Assembly: GCA_051883495.1 (NCBI GenBank)
Contig: JBJETV010000017.1
Coordinates: 28,911 to 92,910 of the forward strand
Direction: 5' to 3'
From: Christensenellales bacterium
Lineage (GTDB): Bacteria > Bacillota > Clostridia > Christensenellales > UBA1242
DNA: 64,000 bases
Positions 10,101 to 25,100 of this stretch are shown here, piece after piece. Made by a program: the position numbers and the translations under genes. The first letter of the stretch is position 1. Every line of letters begins with the position of its first letter. The notes beneath the pieces are model-generated. The model worked only from the letters and a program-made list of their open reading frames with translations, searched no databases and was not told the DNA's origin.

Positions 10101-13100
10101 CACCAAATCTTCAATTCAAGGTGTTAAAGCAAGTAGATGGAGAATTTGTAGAAGTAAGTAAAACTACGGATGATTTTCCATTTGAATTGCCAACATTTGA
10201 AAGCAAAAAACAAGGCTCTGGCTTTATATATCAATTCTCATTGTCATTAAAGGCCAGCATGAGGAATATTTCTACTGTTGACTTGTATAAAATGTTGATT
10301 TGGGACGAAGACAACGCTCTTATAACAAAGCCGGCAGAAATAATTATTCATGTTGTTCCACAGATTGTGGATAATATATCATCCTCTCATTACGCATACA
10401 CCAAAACTGTTGCAACTATAGGAACAGGCAGTGTGGAAGAAAATTATGTATATTCATATACAAATATTCCAACAAACACTTTGATTGCAGGCAGTGATGG
10501 ATTGTTTGTAATAGACATTAGCCCATACTATTCCAATATAAAGAAAGTAGTTGTTAGGTCTTCTTGCACAGATGGAACTAGCAAACTTGGGTTGATGCAA
10601 CTGGTGAAGATTGTTGCAGATGACGGCAAAGAATATCTTGTATATGCCCCATTGCAACAGGGATTGGAAGAAGGGGATTTGCAGTTGGCATTGGCTTCCA
10701 CTGCGACAGGCGACTTTACAATTAACGGAAGTTACGCCTCTCTTACCAATGCAACATATTCCTTTGGCCCAGAAACAACCGGAGAAGTGTCTAATGTAGG
10801 TAAATTGTATGTAAAAACTCTTACACCAAGTGATGTAAGTAGAGATGCAAGATTTAGTATTACTGTAGAAGTCACTTGTGAACAGGCAGACGAGAACAAC
10901 GAAGGTTTGATAGAAACCACTAGCACCAGCGAGCATATGTTTACCATCCAGAGCGTTCCTGGGGTAGATTTGAAGATTTCTCACAATGACAACGAAAGAA
11001 AAATCATTGCATACACAGATTCTGGCACAGAGGCAGACTGGTTGGATATTGAAGCGATAGTCCCTAGCGGATCAGAAGGAGAACTTTCTCTTGAAGTTTT
11101 CAACGAATCGGGCAATCAAATAGCAGAGGAAGATGTCGATGAATATGCAACACTTGTTACCAGCAATGGCAAAACAAAACTTTATTTGGCTGGCAAGGCA
11201 AATGTTGGTTACAAGATAAATATTGTTCTTTCTACAGAAGTAAAACTAGACAATGTGAAAGTTCCTTACACTCACACTAGCACAGTAAATGTCGTAGATG
11301 TGGTAGTAGAAAACATTTCCATTTCTGGAGCAGAAAATGGTGTTATTGAAATGACAAGCGCCTCAATAAGAGTGCTTGGAGTGGAGATAGAAGGCTTTGG
11401 AAAGAGAGAAAGTTTGGAAACTCTCAAAAGGCTTATCGCTCAAAGTGTATTCTTTGCAGGAGAAGAAACTTCAGGAAAGGCATTGTATTGGTTTGCATCG
11501 GTTGAAGGTAGCGAAAACGAATATAACCTTGACTCATCATCTTTTGGAGATAGTTTGCCTTTTGAAGTGAATAAGGTTGCTACTAGCAATACATCATCTA
11601 CAAGGCAAAATATTGATTCAAATGCGCTGGGATATGATGGCAATAGGCTTGTTGAATTTGTATATGGTTCAAGGATTATGTATCTTCAAGGTTCTGCATC
11701 TTCAGGCAAGGTAAATCTTAGAGTAGAATTTAATTATGTTTACAGCGCAGGTAGGATTATTCCAGTTCCAACAAGTATTTTACAAACGGATTTTGCTGTA
11801 AGTGCTCAAGCAAGCATCGTAGTAAGCGAATCGCTAGGTGAAGAAAACTTGCGTCCAGTGGAAACTGTGCAAGACCTAAAGTCTATGGTTGATGGCGGAG
11901 AATATATTTTGATGAATGACCTTGTGCTTGAAGATTGGACTCCAATTACTGCCAATTTCACAAGTTTTGATGGAAATGGCAAAGTTATTACAATAAAGAG
12001 TTTTAGATACGAAACAGTATCAAACAACACTTCAATAGACCTTGGCTTGTTTAGTGAGATATCTGACAAGAGTTTGGTGAAAAATGTTATTGTTGCATAT
12101 CCAGACAATCTAGGTGGCAGTGCAGTTGTAGATGAGTTTGATGGCATTGACTTGTCTTCATATGGAACAGTGAATTTTGGCGGTCTTGCTGCAGTAAACA
12201 ATGGAATAATAACCAACTGCGATGTTATTTCTGTTGCTTCGGATAGCACAAACTACAATAAAGCGATTAACAGTTACAATAATGATAAGTATGCCCTTGC
12301 CATAAAAACAAATAAAAATGCAAAAGATGCAAATATTGCTGGTTTTGTGGCAGAAAACAATGGCACAATCACCAACTCTCGTGTGGGTAGAAATGTTGTT
12401 ATGGTTTTCCCTCATCCATCAGGGGAGAAGGCTGTAGAATCCCCATTAAGATATGACAAAGTTGCTCCTGTATTTGTTATGAATGTTGAAGGAGCTGGCA
12501 ATGTTGCTGGTTTTGTTGCTCAAAACAAAGGTACTATATCATCAAGTTATGCAAGCAATTTGCAAATGGAAGTGTTCTCTCAAGGCTATGGAACAAAGAA
12601 TATCAAAACTTCTGGTTTTGTTGTTGCCAACAATGGTTTTGTGCATGGTTCTTATGTTGCAGGTTGGGAAGGATACAAGAGAAATAGTACATCTATGGTG
12701 GCGGAAGAACCAAACAACAGAAAGCATGGCGGTGGAATTTACTCCAACGGTATTGTTTCTGGCTTTGTGTATTACAATGACGGCTTTGTAGAAGATTGTT
12801 ATTCCAATATCAATATAAGTGGTGACCACACATATGCTTATATGTCTGCTGGGATTTCAAATAGAATTTCCAATGATCAAGACATCAACATTCCTGTGGC
12901 AAGTGGTTTTGTGTATGTCATGGGAGAAAATGCCACAATAAGAACTTCATACTCATTGAGTTATGTAAAATCCAAAACAACCAATGCCCATGCAATGTTC
13001 CAAGGTTGCATAAATGGTGTTGATGTGGATTCTTCTAGACGTCCAACACAAGAATCAATCAAGTATGGAACTATAGAAAATTGCTATTTCTTGATGGAAA

Positions 13101-16100
13101 AGGGCGAAGAAGTAGAAAGAAGCCACGAAAGAGCAATTATGCTTTCAACTGGTGATTCTATTGATGAAACAGGTGACAGTGCTACTATCAACGAGTTCAT
13201 TTCAGAAGGCAGTTTTAACGGCTTTGCATTTGACCCAGTTTCACTTAAATCAAGTAGTTATAAAGGTAGTGGTGGTGTTTGGACTATTGTAAAAGATGGC
13301 AACTTCGGTTATCCAGAACTTTTGAGTGCCAACGATATCGCTTTCTCTGCAAGAGTAAGGGGCATTACGGAAACAGAACAAGGGGTTGTAACAAAATATT
13401 ACTTCAATTATATATCTAACTATGATCAAGGTTCGGATAACAACCCATATATTGTTTATAGTGAAGAGTCTTATAACAATGTATTCAAAAGCAAACAACA
13501 AGAAACTTTTGATAACAATATAACTGCAAAATTTACAGGAAATATCAGACTTGTAAAAAGTTTTGTTATGGAGAAAAGGTCCACATATTCGTCCAGTGTA
13601 GAATACACCTCGAATAAAGGACAAGTATCAGTGTTTGACGGCAATTATCTTACTATTTCTAACATCGACCTTGGCGAAAGTGCAGAAGATTCATTTGGCT
13701 TGTTCAAAGATATTTATCACGCTGGGGTGAAAAATCTTACCTTGGGTATCAACTCAATTGTATCCGGCAACTGCACTGCTGTAGGTGCTCTTGCAGGGGT
13801 TATTGTTGACAGCACAATAAGCAACATAAGTCTTGTAGCAATGGGTAATGAGGATAATTGGAACATCACAGGCAATAATTATGTTGGTGCTCTGGCTGGT
13901 ATAGTAGTATCTAGTGCCTACTCTTCAACTTCTATAGGTGGAACAGTATTTAGCAAGATTTCTAACATTAGATCAAACCTTTCGGTTACAAGTAGTAGAA
14001 CTACTGACCAAGGTTCGCAAGCCAGAGTGATAAACTCCACAGATATTTGGCAAGCAATAAAACCAATAGGAGTTACTAGTGGAGGCAATTATTCTTATGC
14101 AAGCAATCTAAGACTATCCAATCTTCCAAAGGATGTTTATTATGCAGGTGGTGTAATAGGGGTTGTGTCGTTAAGCCAAAGAAGTGATGACCAAGAAAAT
14201 GTTATTCTTGAAAAAGTGAATGTAGATAATATTCATGTTGGAACCTTCGTTCAAGGTAGCAAGTTTACCGGTGCAAAGATGGGGGCAGATGGATATTATA
14301 CAGGCAATTTAAGGATTCTTTCCAATTATGTGGGCGGATTGTTTGGTTTTGTTGGCGAAGAAACTTTTGTTGAAAACTCTAGTTTTGTTGTTGGAGATTA
14401 CTCTACTTTCACAGCATCACAGGTTGTTGGTGGATTGACCGCCTTTAACCTTGGAAAAATTAGCAAGAGTTTTGTGGGCTTTGACGAGGACACAACCGAA
14501 AAGTTGAATGAACATCTTGTTGCAGTTGCAACAGGCAGTATCAATCTTGATACTTTCAACAATACATTATTTGGCGGAACTCCAGAAATTGTCGGTGGTT
14601 TGGTTGGTGTGAACTACTCGACACAAGTGTATAGATCTGGTACGATATCAGACTGCTACAACAGAGTAGATGTGAGAAATGCTACTGCAACAACTGTTGG
14701 CGGAATTGTAGGAGCCAGTTCATATGGGACTATAACCAATGTGTATACAACTGCTAGTTTGATGGCAAATAATGATGTCTCAAATACTCATATTGGAGCT
14801 ATAATTGGTGAGATAGTTGACAGCGAAACCAATTATATAACTGTAGTAGACAATGTTGGTGGTGAAGATGCAAAGCTACATCTAGAAAACATTGTTGCTC
14901 TGAATGTATTTAGCCAAAATGACTTTGCAAGATTGGTGGAATTTGACAGCAACGGCGGAAAGATTGGGGCGCTGTATGGAGAATATAACAATAAAAAGAC
15001 TGATGGCAAAAATATAGTCGACATTCCAAACGAAAATGGAATATATGTCAATAGTTATGCGTTGAAGGATATCGGTTGCGCTTATGTTAGAGGTATAGTT
15101 ATTCAGAATGGCGAATTGGAAACCTCTCAATTTGATATTGCACAGTACGAGCAGAAAGAATCTAATGGGACAAGTTTTGAATATTGGGGCTTGGGAGAAG
15201 GCTCAAAGAGAGATGCTTATCTAAAAGAATCCGTTGAAGCTTTAATGCCAGACCAATTTTTCAAACTATTCTCCACTTCACTTTTGGCAAACCAAAAATT
15301 GAGAGAGAAATATTTCAGTATAGACAGATGGAGTAGGCAAGTTTGGAGATATGACTCTCCTAACACACAAGACTATGACTACGACATATTGCCTGTGCTT
15401 GAATATGGTTACAATGCTTCTACAGAGAGAATTTATACCGCAGAGGATTTCTACTCAAAGCTTGGTGCAAAAAACACCGCTGGTAAAACGTATATGATTA
15501 TGAGAGATATAGACTTTGGCGGTGCAAATGGCGATGATCCATTTAGTGTGATTACAGAAACATTTGAAGGTAGTTTGTATGGAGCAAACATATCATTTAC
15601 ACAAAACAGTGGCTCTGGTATCGAAACTTATAGAAGAAAGCCTATTTTGTTCAACGTAAACCTTGTAAATAGTTCTGCTAATCAAGAGTATGCAATGTTC
15701 CTTTCCACAAGGAATGCAACTTTCTCCAACTTTAATATTGTAGTAGGAGATTACAATATTACTTATAATAATACCATTTCAGGTACCCAAACATATGGGG
15801 CAGTACTTGCTGCTAGAGCAGAAAATTCTACACAAATAAATAATGTGAATATCTATGGTTCGTTGACCGGTTCTTTTGGAACAGTAGCCAATCAGAACCT
15901 TGTAGGTAGTTCTGTAGATGATGAAGCAAATCTTCCTTATGTAAGTCAGGGAGTAAAATATAATAATGGGAGATCAGATTATTCCAATCCATATCTTGTA
16001 GTAGGCGAAGATGTACTTAGGACATATGTATATGACTCTACTAGGGGCGTATTTGTCTTAAATGACGGTTCGAATACAGTTTTAGTTACAAAAAATTGTG

Positions 16101-19100
16101 AGTTACTTAGAACAAATGCAACTACATTTGGCTCTTTGGCTGCAACTTCATCTAATACTATCATAAACATTGGATATGCTAGTGCTAATATTAATATTGC
16201 TGTTGATTACAGGACAAATGCAAGTTCACTATCTAGAACTATTGGTGGTATTACTGGTTCTGCCAAAGGGGATCTTCATAATATTGTTTCAAAGGTGAAT
16301 TTGAATGTTATTACAGGAGAGGATGAGAGAATAAGCTCCTTAAATATTGGTGGAGTGGCTGGCTCGATGATGGGCAGAATGAGAGATGTGTACGTAAGCG
16401 ACAGATCGATTGCAGTTGGGACGACTGAAAATCCAATAAGGACAATAGATAATACTAGTGGAATATACGTAGGTGGTATTATCGGCTCGGCAGATTCCTA
16501 TCTTGCCAATCAAGGGGATGAGGGCTCTCGAGTGGGCAGTGCAGAAGCAATTTTTGTTCAGGATATAAGTATAGAAGTAAATTCAATAGGCAATACATAT
16601 GTTGGTGGAGCTATTGCGTTAAGTACATTCAATATAACCAATGTAAATGTAAAACAATCAACTGGAGCCTTAGAAACAAATAAGATTAAGTTAAATTGTC
16701 TTACAGAAAATGAATCAACTGATGACCTTTATGTCGTTGGAGGTGTAATTGCTACAAGTTCAGCACAATATTTTAGTTATGTTTATAATAATATCCCTGT
16801 AGAATTTGTTGGTTCTTGCTTTAATACAGCGATTATTGGTGGAATTGCAGGCTATTTGACCAGCAAAACATCATATTCATTCGACAACATAGTGTGTGAT
16901 GCTACTAGTATAAAGGTCTTAAAAGGTAATCAAGATATTCCAGCAGGGGCGAGAATTTATGTTGGTGGAATTGCTGGCAAAACAGCAATGGACAACAATA
17001 ATACAATTTCTATAAATAAAGCAATATCCACAACAGATATAATCTGTGATCAGTATGCAATGATGAATGTTGGCGGATTTGTAGGCTCAGTGTCAAAACT
17101 AAAAGTGTCAACTGCTATTGTCTTGGGAGATATCACTCTAAACAGGGCTCTTGGATCTACGACAAATTTTGAAAGGATAACTTCCACACCAGCAAACGTG
17201 GCATCTATGTTCCTTCCTGATGGTGGCGACCCAACATATATTGGTGGTTTGGTTGGTGATTGTAAGAATTTGGACAATGGCGCTGACAATGGAAATGTGT
17301 TGGTTGCTTCTACAATAAGAGATTATGCAATTGCACAAAAGTTGAATGCTTATTTGGGGGCTGTGGTCGGCAGACAAGGAGGAAGTGATAAAGCTAGAGT
17401 TTCCAGTTCCTTAATTGTTACTTGTGAAAACATTGCATTGGTTGGCAACGAACTTTCGGGGATAAAAAATGTTGCTCAAGATACATTATCTGATGTAAAT
17501 GGTAATGGGGTGTTTGGGTTAATATACAACGATCTCTATCTAAAAGTTGACAGTTCTGTAAAGAGCAGATTCTTTACAAAGTATGCAGAAAGTCAGTCTG
17601 ATGGAACAATTAATGTTAGAGAAGGATGCAAACTTGCTCCAAAAACTTTTGACAATGATACAGTGCTTGAAAATAATAAATATTACATATTAGAAAATAA
17701 TGTAACTGTTGATGACACAATAACCACAACTGCAAATGGTTGGGTTATCAACGGTCAAGGATATTCCATACAAGTTGGCACAGATAGTAGTAAGATGAAA
17801 ACTGTGTTTGGTGAGATAACACAAAGATCAGCAGTTTCGGCTGTTATGCTCAACCTATCTGGCACTGTAACAACAAACAGTAAGGAATTGTTTGCTCCAT
17901 TTGCAACATACAACTACGGATTTGTCTTTTCTTGCTTTGTTGTAGGAGATGTGGTAACTGGTCTTGATTCATCTACATTTGTTTATTCCAATTTTGGGGT
18001 AATTAACAAGTGCTTTAGCATGGCAAATCTCAAAACTAATGGTGGTGGCGGACTTGTTTCAGCGAATGGTAACTATATTTCTGATAGTGAAATATATATA
18101 GGAAATATTTACGACAGCTACTATACAGGATCTATTACTATTGATGGTAGTAATGATAGCAATACTGCTATAGGAACTTTGGCAAAGGATACAACTTATG
18201 GTGTAATATCAAACTCTTACACAATGGCTGACGTCTCCGCAGATTTTGGGACTAACAAATATAATGCAACTCATCCTGTAGCATCAATAAGAACTTCGTT
18301 GGAGCATTCATGGAATCCTACAGAAAACTTGTATAGAGTTTACTATGACTACATTCCATATGTTGCTGGCAATGAAGGTCAAAATATGTCCGCCATTGGA
18401 GATAGAACAAACAACCTGAACTTTATTTCAAAAGAAGGTTTCTATTTGTGGACATCTTCCTTTACAGGAGAGGTAAACAATGTGTTCCAAACAGCAAATA
18501 CTAGCAATGCAACAGTTGCAGAAATGTTCCAAACTCATTGGGTTGTCCCAGAAAGAAATAAAACTACTGGCGAATTGACCGGTGAACTGGTGGAAATATT
18601 TAACAAAGCAGAGGGGGCAGTAACATCAGAAGGCGCTATTGGAATAGATTCTACTTGGTTCAACTTTGGATACATAACCAAAAACTACTCTAACATATTT
18701 GATGGAGTAGGTGGCTCAGATGTAGGAAAATTTGCAAGTCGTATTAGAAATTATTTCAATTCTATATACACAGGCAATGGTCTTGCCGACAAAAATGGCA
18801 ATTCTTATGCACCTGATGTTGTAGAAAGTTTGGCTATAAATGGGATAGGTCCTGTTTCTAATGGAATAGTTCAAGGTTTTACAAATATGCCTTATTCCAT
18901 AAAACATGCTGGTTTGCTTGATATATTTGTATCTTCAAACAATGCAGGCACAGTGCCAAAGTATAGATATTATAGATTCACAAAGGAAATTGTTAACTTT
19001 GAAAAGTATTCCAAGGTAACATATTGGTCAGAAAGTTGGGATACTCAAAGTATGGAGTTCTATGGCAATCTTGACGGGGCTTTGACGACAGAAAAAACAA

Positions 19101-22100
19101 CAAAAATCTCCAATATGTATGCAACAAATGGACTAGTGCGTGCAATTGGTTCTTACTCCAAAGAAATTATGGTCCAAAACGTTGGAGATGAAGAATCACA
19201 TCCATACAATGTTGCAACGGTTGTTCAAAATATTACTTTTGTAAATTGCTATTCCAAGACTGGTTTGGTGGCTGGAGTAGTAGATAATCAATATGCAGAA
19301 GTGAAAAATGTTGGTGTGGACAACGAGAATCATGTATTCAACGGGAATATTGCCAATATGTTTGAGTCCAAGGTTGAAACAATTTCTAAGAGTGATTTAG
19401 AAGCGGTCACGACAACAGAAGGAGGCTTAACCACTACAACATACAAGCTCAACAATAGTAAAGTTACAGCATTCAAGACCTCTCTTGGAAGAGATTTCTC
19501 ATTGACAAGGATTTCTAGAGGTCAATACGAAAGCATTAAAGAAAGCGATACAATCACTGTGGTCAATACAAAATTCTTTGCAGTTATTTTTGTAGGTGAG
19601 CTAAAAGAAAAACTAGTTGGTGCAACTTGGGACAGCAGTGGCAAAATAACAAAAGTTTATGGAGTTGACCTAAATGACCTAAACAGTTTGTCTAGAGATA
19701 AAATTCTTGTATACCAAGGTGTATCTCGTAGTGGTGGACAAGTATTGCCAGACATCATTTGCAAGACGATAAACTCTATAACAGTAAAATCAAAGTTCTC
19801 TATTGGATCCACAACTTACGAACTAACGGAACACCCATATGGTGGAAAGGCTGGCTTTGCAGGTGGATATGTGGGCTATCTAAATAATGGCAACTTGGCA
19901 AATGTATTCTTCGGTGATACAAGCAAGTTGTATGTCAGCACTTATGATGACTCTTATAATTCCGTAAGTTATACAGGTGGTATTGCTGGTGTTATGACTG
20001 GGGGAGAAATAACATTAAAAGATAATAAACTAAAGAATGTTGAGGTTGGTGGAGCAATGAAAATGGAACAAGTTGTTCAACCAAAATCTTATTCTGGTGG
20101 TGTGGTTGGCATATTGACCAGCAAAAATTCTGGTTCAATACCAGAACTTTCAAATATCACTGTTGGTAGCAATGAAGGTTCTTCATACTCAGCAAGCAAT
20201 GTCAAAGTGTTTGGTATCTATGGCGTGGGCGGTATCGCAGGTGTGGTCTATGGTGGAAAGATTAGTAATTGTCAAATCTTTGGCGATATTGGTTTGGATA
20301 TTATGGGCAAAAATTATGTTTCAAATGAAACAGGCACATACGAACAAACATTTGTATCGAAAGATAATGAAACAATAAAAGGCAAACTTGGGACAAACAC
20401 TATATTGACTACAAACAAAATATCTGAAAACATAATGACAATGAACGATGTTCTGGTAAGCAGTGTCAATATAGGCGGTATCGTTGGATTGGCATATGCA
20501 GACAGAGATGAAACATCAATAGATAATTGTTCTTTTGGTGAAGAAGTGGATGGGATAGGACGAACAGCTTCTGCTACTATTTCACATAACATTAAGTATA
20601 TGTCTGGGTTCTATACAGTGGTAGTGGGTGGCATTGTTGGAAATATGGGTCAAAATGGTAGCGAAACTAAGGTAACAGTTACCAACAGCAAGTTTGCAGG
20701 TTCAATCAATATAACCGGTTCACAGACAACTATTGCAGGTGGTATAGCAGGTGCTATGAAAGGAGGCAAGATAACTGATTGTTATACATCTCAAGGTGCA
20801 AAAATCAACACAGATATTGGATTCTATTTTGATGTTCCATGGATTTCTCCAGAGCTTATTGCCCTTGATGTCGCCAACAAGAATGGTGTTAAGAGAAGGA
20901 TAACAAAAGATAATCTACTAGATTACTTAAAATCATCACTAAATAGCACATTTGATTTTGGTAGTATAAATCTAGACAAAATCATTAAAAGTGTTACTGG
21001 TGGAGTAGGTGGAAATCTAAGTTTTAACAATAATGATGATTATATTAATTTCAGTGTTGGTGTTAGATTTATTATAGACGGCTATGCAGTGTCTGGCGGT
21101 ATTGTGGGTAGAATGTTAAAAGGTGAAATAGGCAATGCTACAGAAAACGGAGTATTGAATGGTGCAGATATAGTTGCAGGAACAAGGGCTGGCGGTATTG
21201 TAGGTGAGGCTTTATCTAATGGGGATTTTATTATAATTCAAAATGCCAAAGATACAGGTCGTGTGGCAGCAAATGGCAAATTGAAATTGCTTACCAGTGC
21301 TTCAATAGAAGGTGACCTTTTGGGAGATGCTAGTGCCGATTGGGCAACTGGAGAGATGGGTAGAAATAAAAATTATTTTGGAAATACCGGTGAAAATGGT
21401 TCTAACAGCAGTGTTGTGGCAGGATTATTGATGAGAATGGCTAAAGCTATTTGGCCTAAATGGTTTGAAGAAGGCAACAATGAAAAATATGGTGTATTCT
21501 CCTCAGGGTCATTGATAAATATAAACCTAGCAGGTTCAGTAGATGGCTCTATTGATGCAAAAGTTGCGTTCCAGCCTGTATTTAATGTTTCAGTAATATT
21601 GGATGACGGCATGGCTGGTGGTATAGTCGGTGCAATAGAATGTTCAAGTAAATTGACAGGTAGTTCTTCAACTACATATGTTCAAATTACAAATTGCAAC
21701 ACAGAAATAAGTGCCAGCACCGAATTTAATGTTGCTAATTTCATCAATCAAGTAAGTGGTGTAGGCGGACCTCTCACTCAATTCGCTGGTGGTATAGCCG
21801 GTGTTGCGGTGGCAAACAGCGAAAGTAATATTGTTATTTCTAACTGTATAAATGATGCCCTAATTCGTGGGTATATGATAAGGTCTTTTGCAGGCGGTAT
21901 TGTTGGATTTGTTCAAAATGCAACAATTCAAGCTTGTAAGAATGTATCTGGCGGACTAAACGATTTGTTTACCAATGTGTTTACTGATACAATTGTAGAC
22001 CTTGTCAACACTTTCCTTAATATAAACTTCCTTTTAAGTTTCCCAAATATTGCAGGTGGTATTGTTGGTTATATGAATTCTGGTGTTGTAAGAAATTGTA

Positions 22101-25100
22101 GCACTGGTCAAGGGTTCTTTGACTCGACATTTACAGGTTATAGTCTAGTTATGGGGCTTAGGGTTGCTGGTGGTATTATCGGTGTAATGAATGGTGGAAC
22201 ATTGTCATCTGACATAGGTAGCGAAGGTGGATTTGTAACCAATACAGGTGCTGTTTGGGCGATGAACGGTATTGCTGGTGGCATAATTGGTTTGATGTAT
22301 GGCGGAACTGTGGCCAGCCTAAAGAGTGCTTCTAGCACAGAATCTATTATGGAACTCTTTGCAACTCTTGTTTCAAAGAAGTCAGAGGGAGACAATGATG
22401 GATTGAATGACTTAAAGAAAGGCAATGGACTTATCCTAACATCACCAACCAGTGTGGTTATTGGCGCTGTTAGTGGAGGCTGTATCGGTTATCTTGGTGA
22501 CATAACTCCAGAGGCAATAGGAGAACCTGTCCATCTTGGCGGTATGATTAACATGGGTTATGTATTGCATGGGCTAGGTGCGCTTTTCTCCACACCAATG
22601 GTAAATGGTGCTTTGGGTGAATTAAGTGGCAACAGTCTTGCTAATGTGAGCGTTGAAAGTTTACTGACAGACAAGCAAGAGAAGATAAATAAGTCTTTGA
22701 CAAAGAATGCTAAAACAACTTCTTTGAAGGGGACGCTTGACTTGGTGATTGACGGCGAAGCAACAACATTGGCTAGTGTTCAATTTGGTTCTTCATTATC
22801 CTTCGGCTTTGTAGGTGAAATCTTAAAAGCAGTGCTAAAAACTGTTTATAAGATTGGCGTAGGGGTAGATGGAAATATTCCTATCAAATATTACATAAAT
22901 GGTGTGGTTGTAAATTCCTACAAATACAACATTGACCCAGTTAAGTTTGATGCAAACGAAACTTATCCTTCAAAACTGCAATATGTAAGCAATATTCTTT
23001 GCATGACAGACAATGATCTTGCTATTGTAGAAAAGAAAGATGGTAAAGATGAATTTGGCTTAGGTGGTGGTGCAAGTGGTGGCATAATAGGTATGACAAG
23101 AATCAACAGAGAACTTACTGTTTCGTGCGTTATGAGTTACGGATTGTCTTTAAGCGGGTTAGGAATAAATGGCTTCTTTGGTAAATTGCTTGATCTGTTA
23201 AAGACTGGTGTTGTGTATTCAAGTGGTTCTGCTGGTGGTATTATTGGTGCAGTAATATCTGAAGAGTTTGAAACTGAAAAAACTATCAGCGGAGGAACGG
23301 GAAGTGGTAAAAATTATACAAATGGCAAAGTAATTGTGTCGATGGCATCCAACTTCTCTACAGTTATTGGAGTTAATAATGCAGGTGGTATTGTAGGTTA
23401 TGCCAACAAAAACACATATATTATGTCTTTTGATAACAATCTAAAGTCTATATATGGAATAGTATCAAATTACGGAGCAGTGAGTGGGGTTGATTGTTCA
23501 GGTGGAATCATTGGTCTTTCTAATGGGGCAAGAGTAAATACAAAAGAAGTTGAGAGTGCATTGTTATCTCATGAAGTGTCCCTTCAAACAACATGGAATG
23601 GTGAAGTAAAGTGGCAAAGTGGAGTAATGACCACCCCTGACTTTACAAACATTGGTTTGTTCCGTGTAGTAAACTCTGGACAAGTGGCACATGGAAAATA
23701 TTCAGGTGGAATAGTTGGTGGGTTGATAAACAAAAGTGAAATGTATATGGCAACTCTTGCAGGAAGTGCGTTTGTATATCTATCACAACCATTGGCAATG
23801 TTTAATGGTTCAGCAATAACAATATCTTCTCCTTTGTATGCAGGTGGACTTGCTGGTTATATAGAAGACAACTCTGTTATTTCTGGCACATGTGCAGTGG
23901 GAACAGACGGAATAAATATCTTCTCTCCACAGATAACTATATTTGCAGGTAAATGTTCAGAAACAATTGCCACAACTGAAACGACCAGCGGACTAACTTC
24001 TACAAGCAGTTTGGTTACAAGCAATCTTGTTGGCGAGGGTGAAGGTTCTGAAGATGGGGATAATTATGAGTCAAGCATCGAAACCCCAAAAGAAAATGAG
24101 ATTCCACCAGCAACTGATCCTGGTTATGTAGGTGGTGTTGTTGGCAGATACAATGGCGGACAAGTCGGTGGTATAACTAGCAGAATGACATCTGTAAGAA
24201 GTATCCCAGTAACAGATGGTATAAATATTGGTGGATACACTAAAAATGGCAAAGAGGTATTGAAGTCCAGTTATGTTGGCGGTGCTATTGGATACATTAA
24301 CGATACCATTGCTACTACTAAGATCAATGGAAAATCTATGTCGATGATAAATGTAGACGTTAGGAGCAAGAAAGTTCAAAACGGAATGATTGCTACAGGT
24401 GGATACATCGGCAAGGCAGAACTAGAATCTGATAAAACTTTGCAGCTGCAATTTATATTTGGCGCTGATGTTATTGTTACTGCAGGCAAGGGCGGTGTTG
24501 CTGGTGGTGTGATTGGAGAACTATCTGGTGGAACATTGTCCAATGTGGTTTCGCAAGCACAAGTAATTGCAAAAGAAAATTCTTCCATAGGTGGTATTGT
24601 GGGTAAGTTGACAGGTGGCGCAAAGATACAAGATTGTTATGTTCTTAAGATTGCAGAATTGAACCGAAAATCATGGTCTTATGCTGGTTACAACCCAAGT
24701 GATGAAGACAGGATTGGTGAGTATAGCATCAAAAAGGTAACTTATCTTCGCACTGGAGAAATCGTTACTCCAGTTAAAGATCCAATCACGGGTGCTACAT
24801 CAAATGTTGTCAGTAGGTGGCTTAATAATGAATCTATACCTCCTACTGATGTGATAGAAAGAGATGATATTGTTTATACAAACAATGCTATTACAATGAA
24901 GTTGCAAAAAGTCTTATCAGGATATTCTTCCAATGGAGATTTTACTTACAGTTTAGCTGAAGATGGTTATACTGGGCGAATACATCTAACAAAAACTTAT
25001 TCTACCAAAGTTAGCAAAGACCCTCTTACTGGAGAAGAGTATGGAACAATGAAGAAAAAGAATGTTGAAGTGGAAGGTGAAGATGGTAGTAGCCATTATG

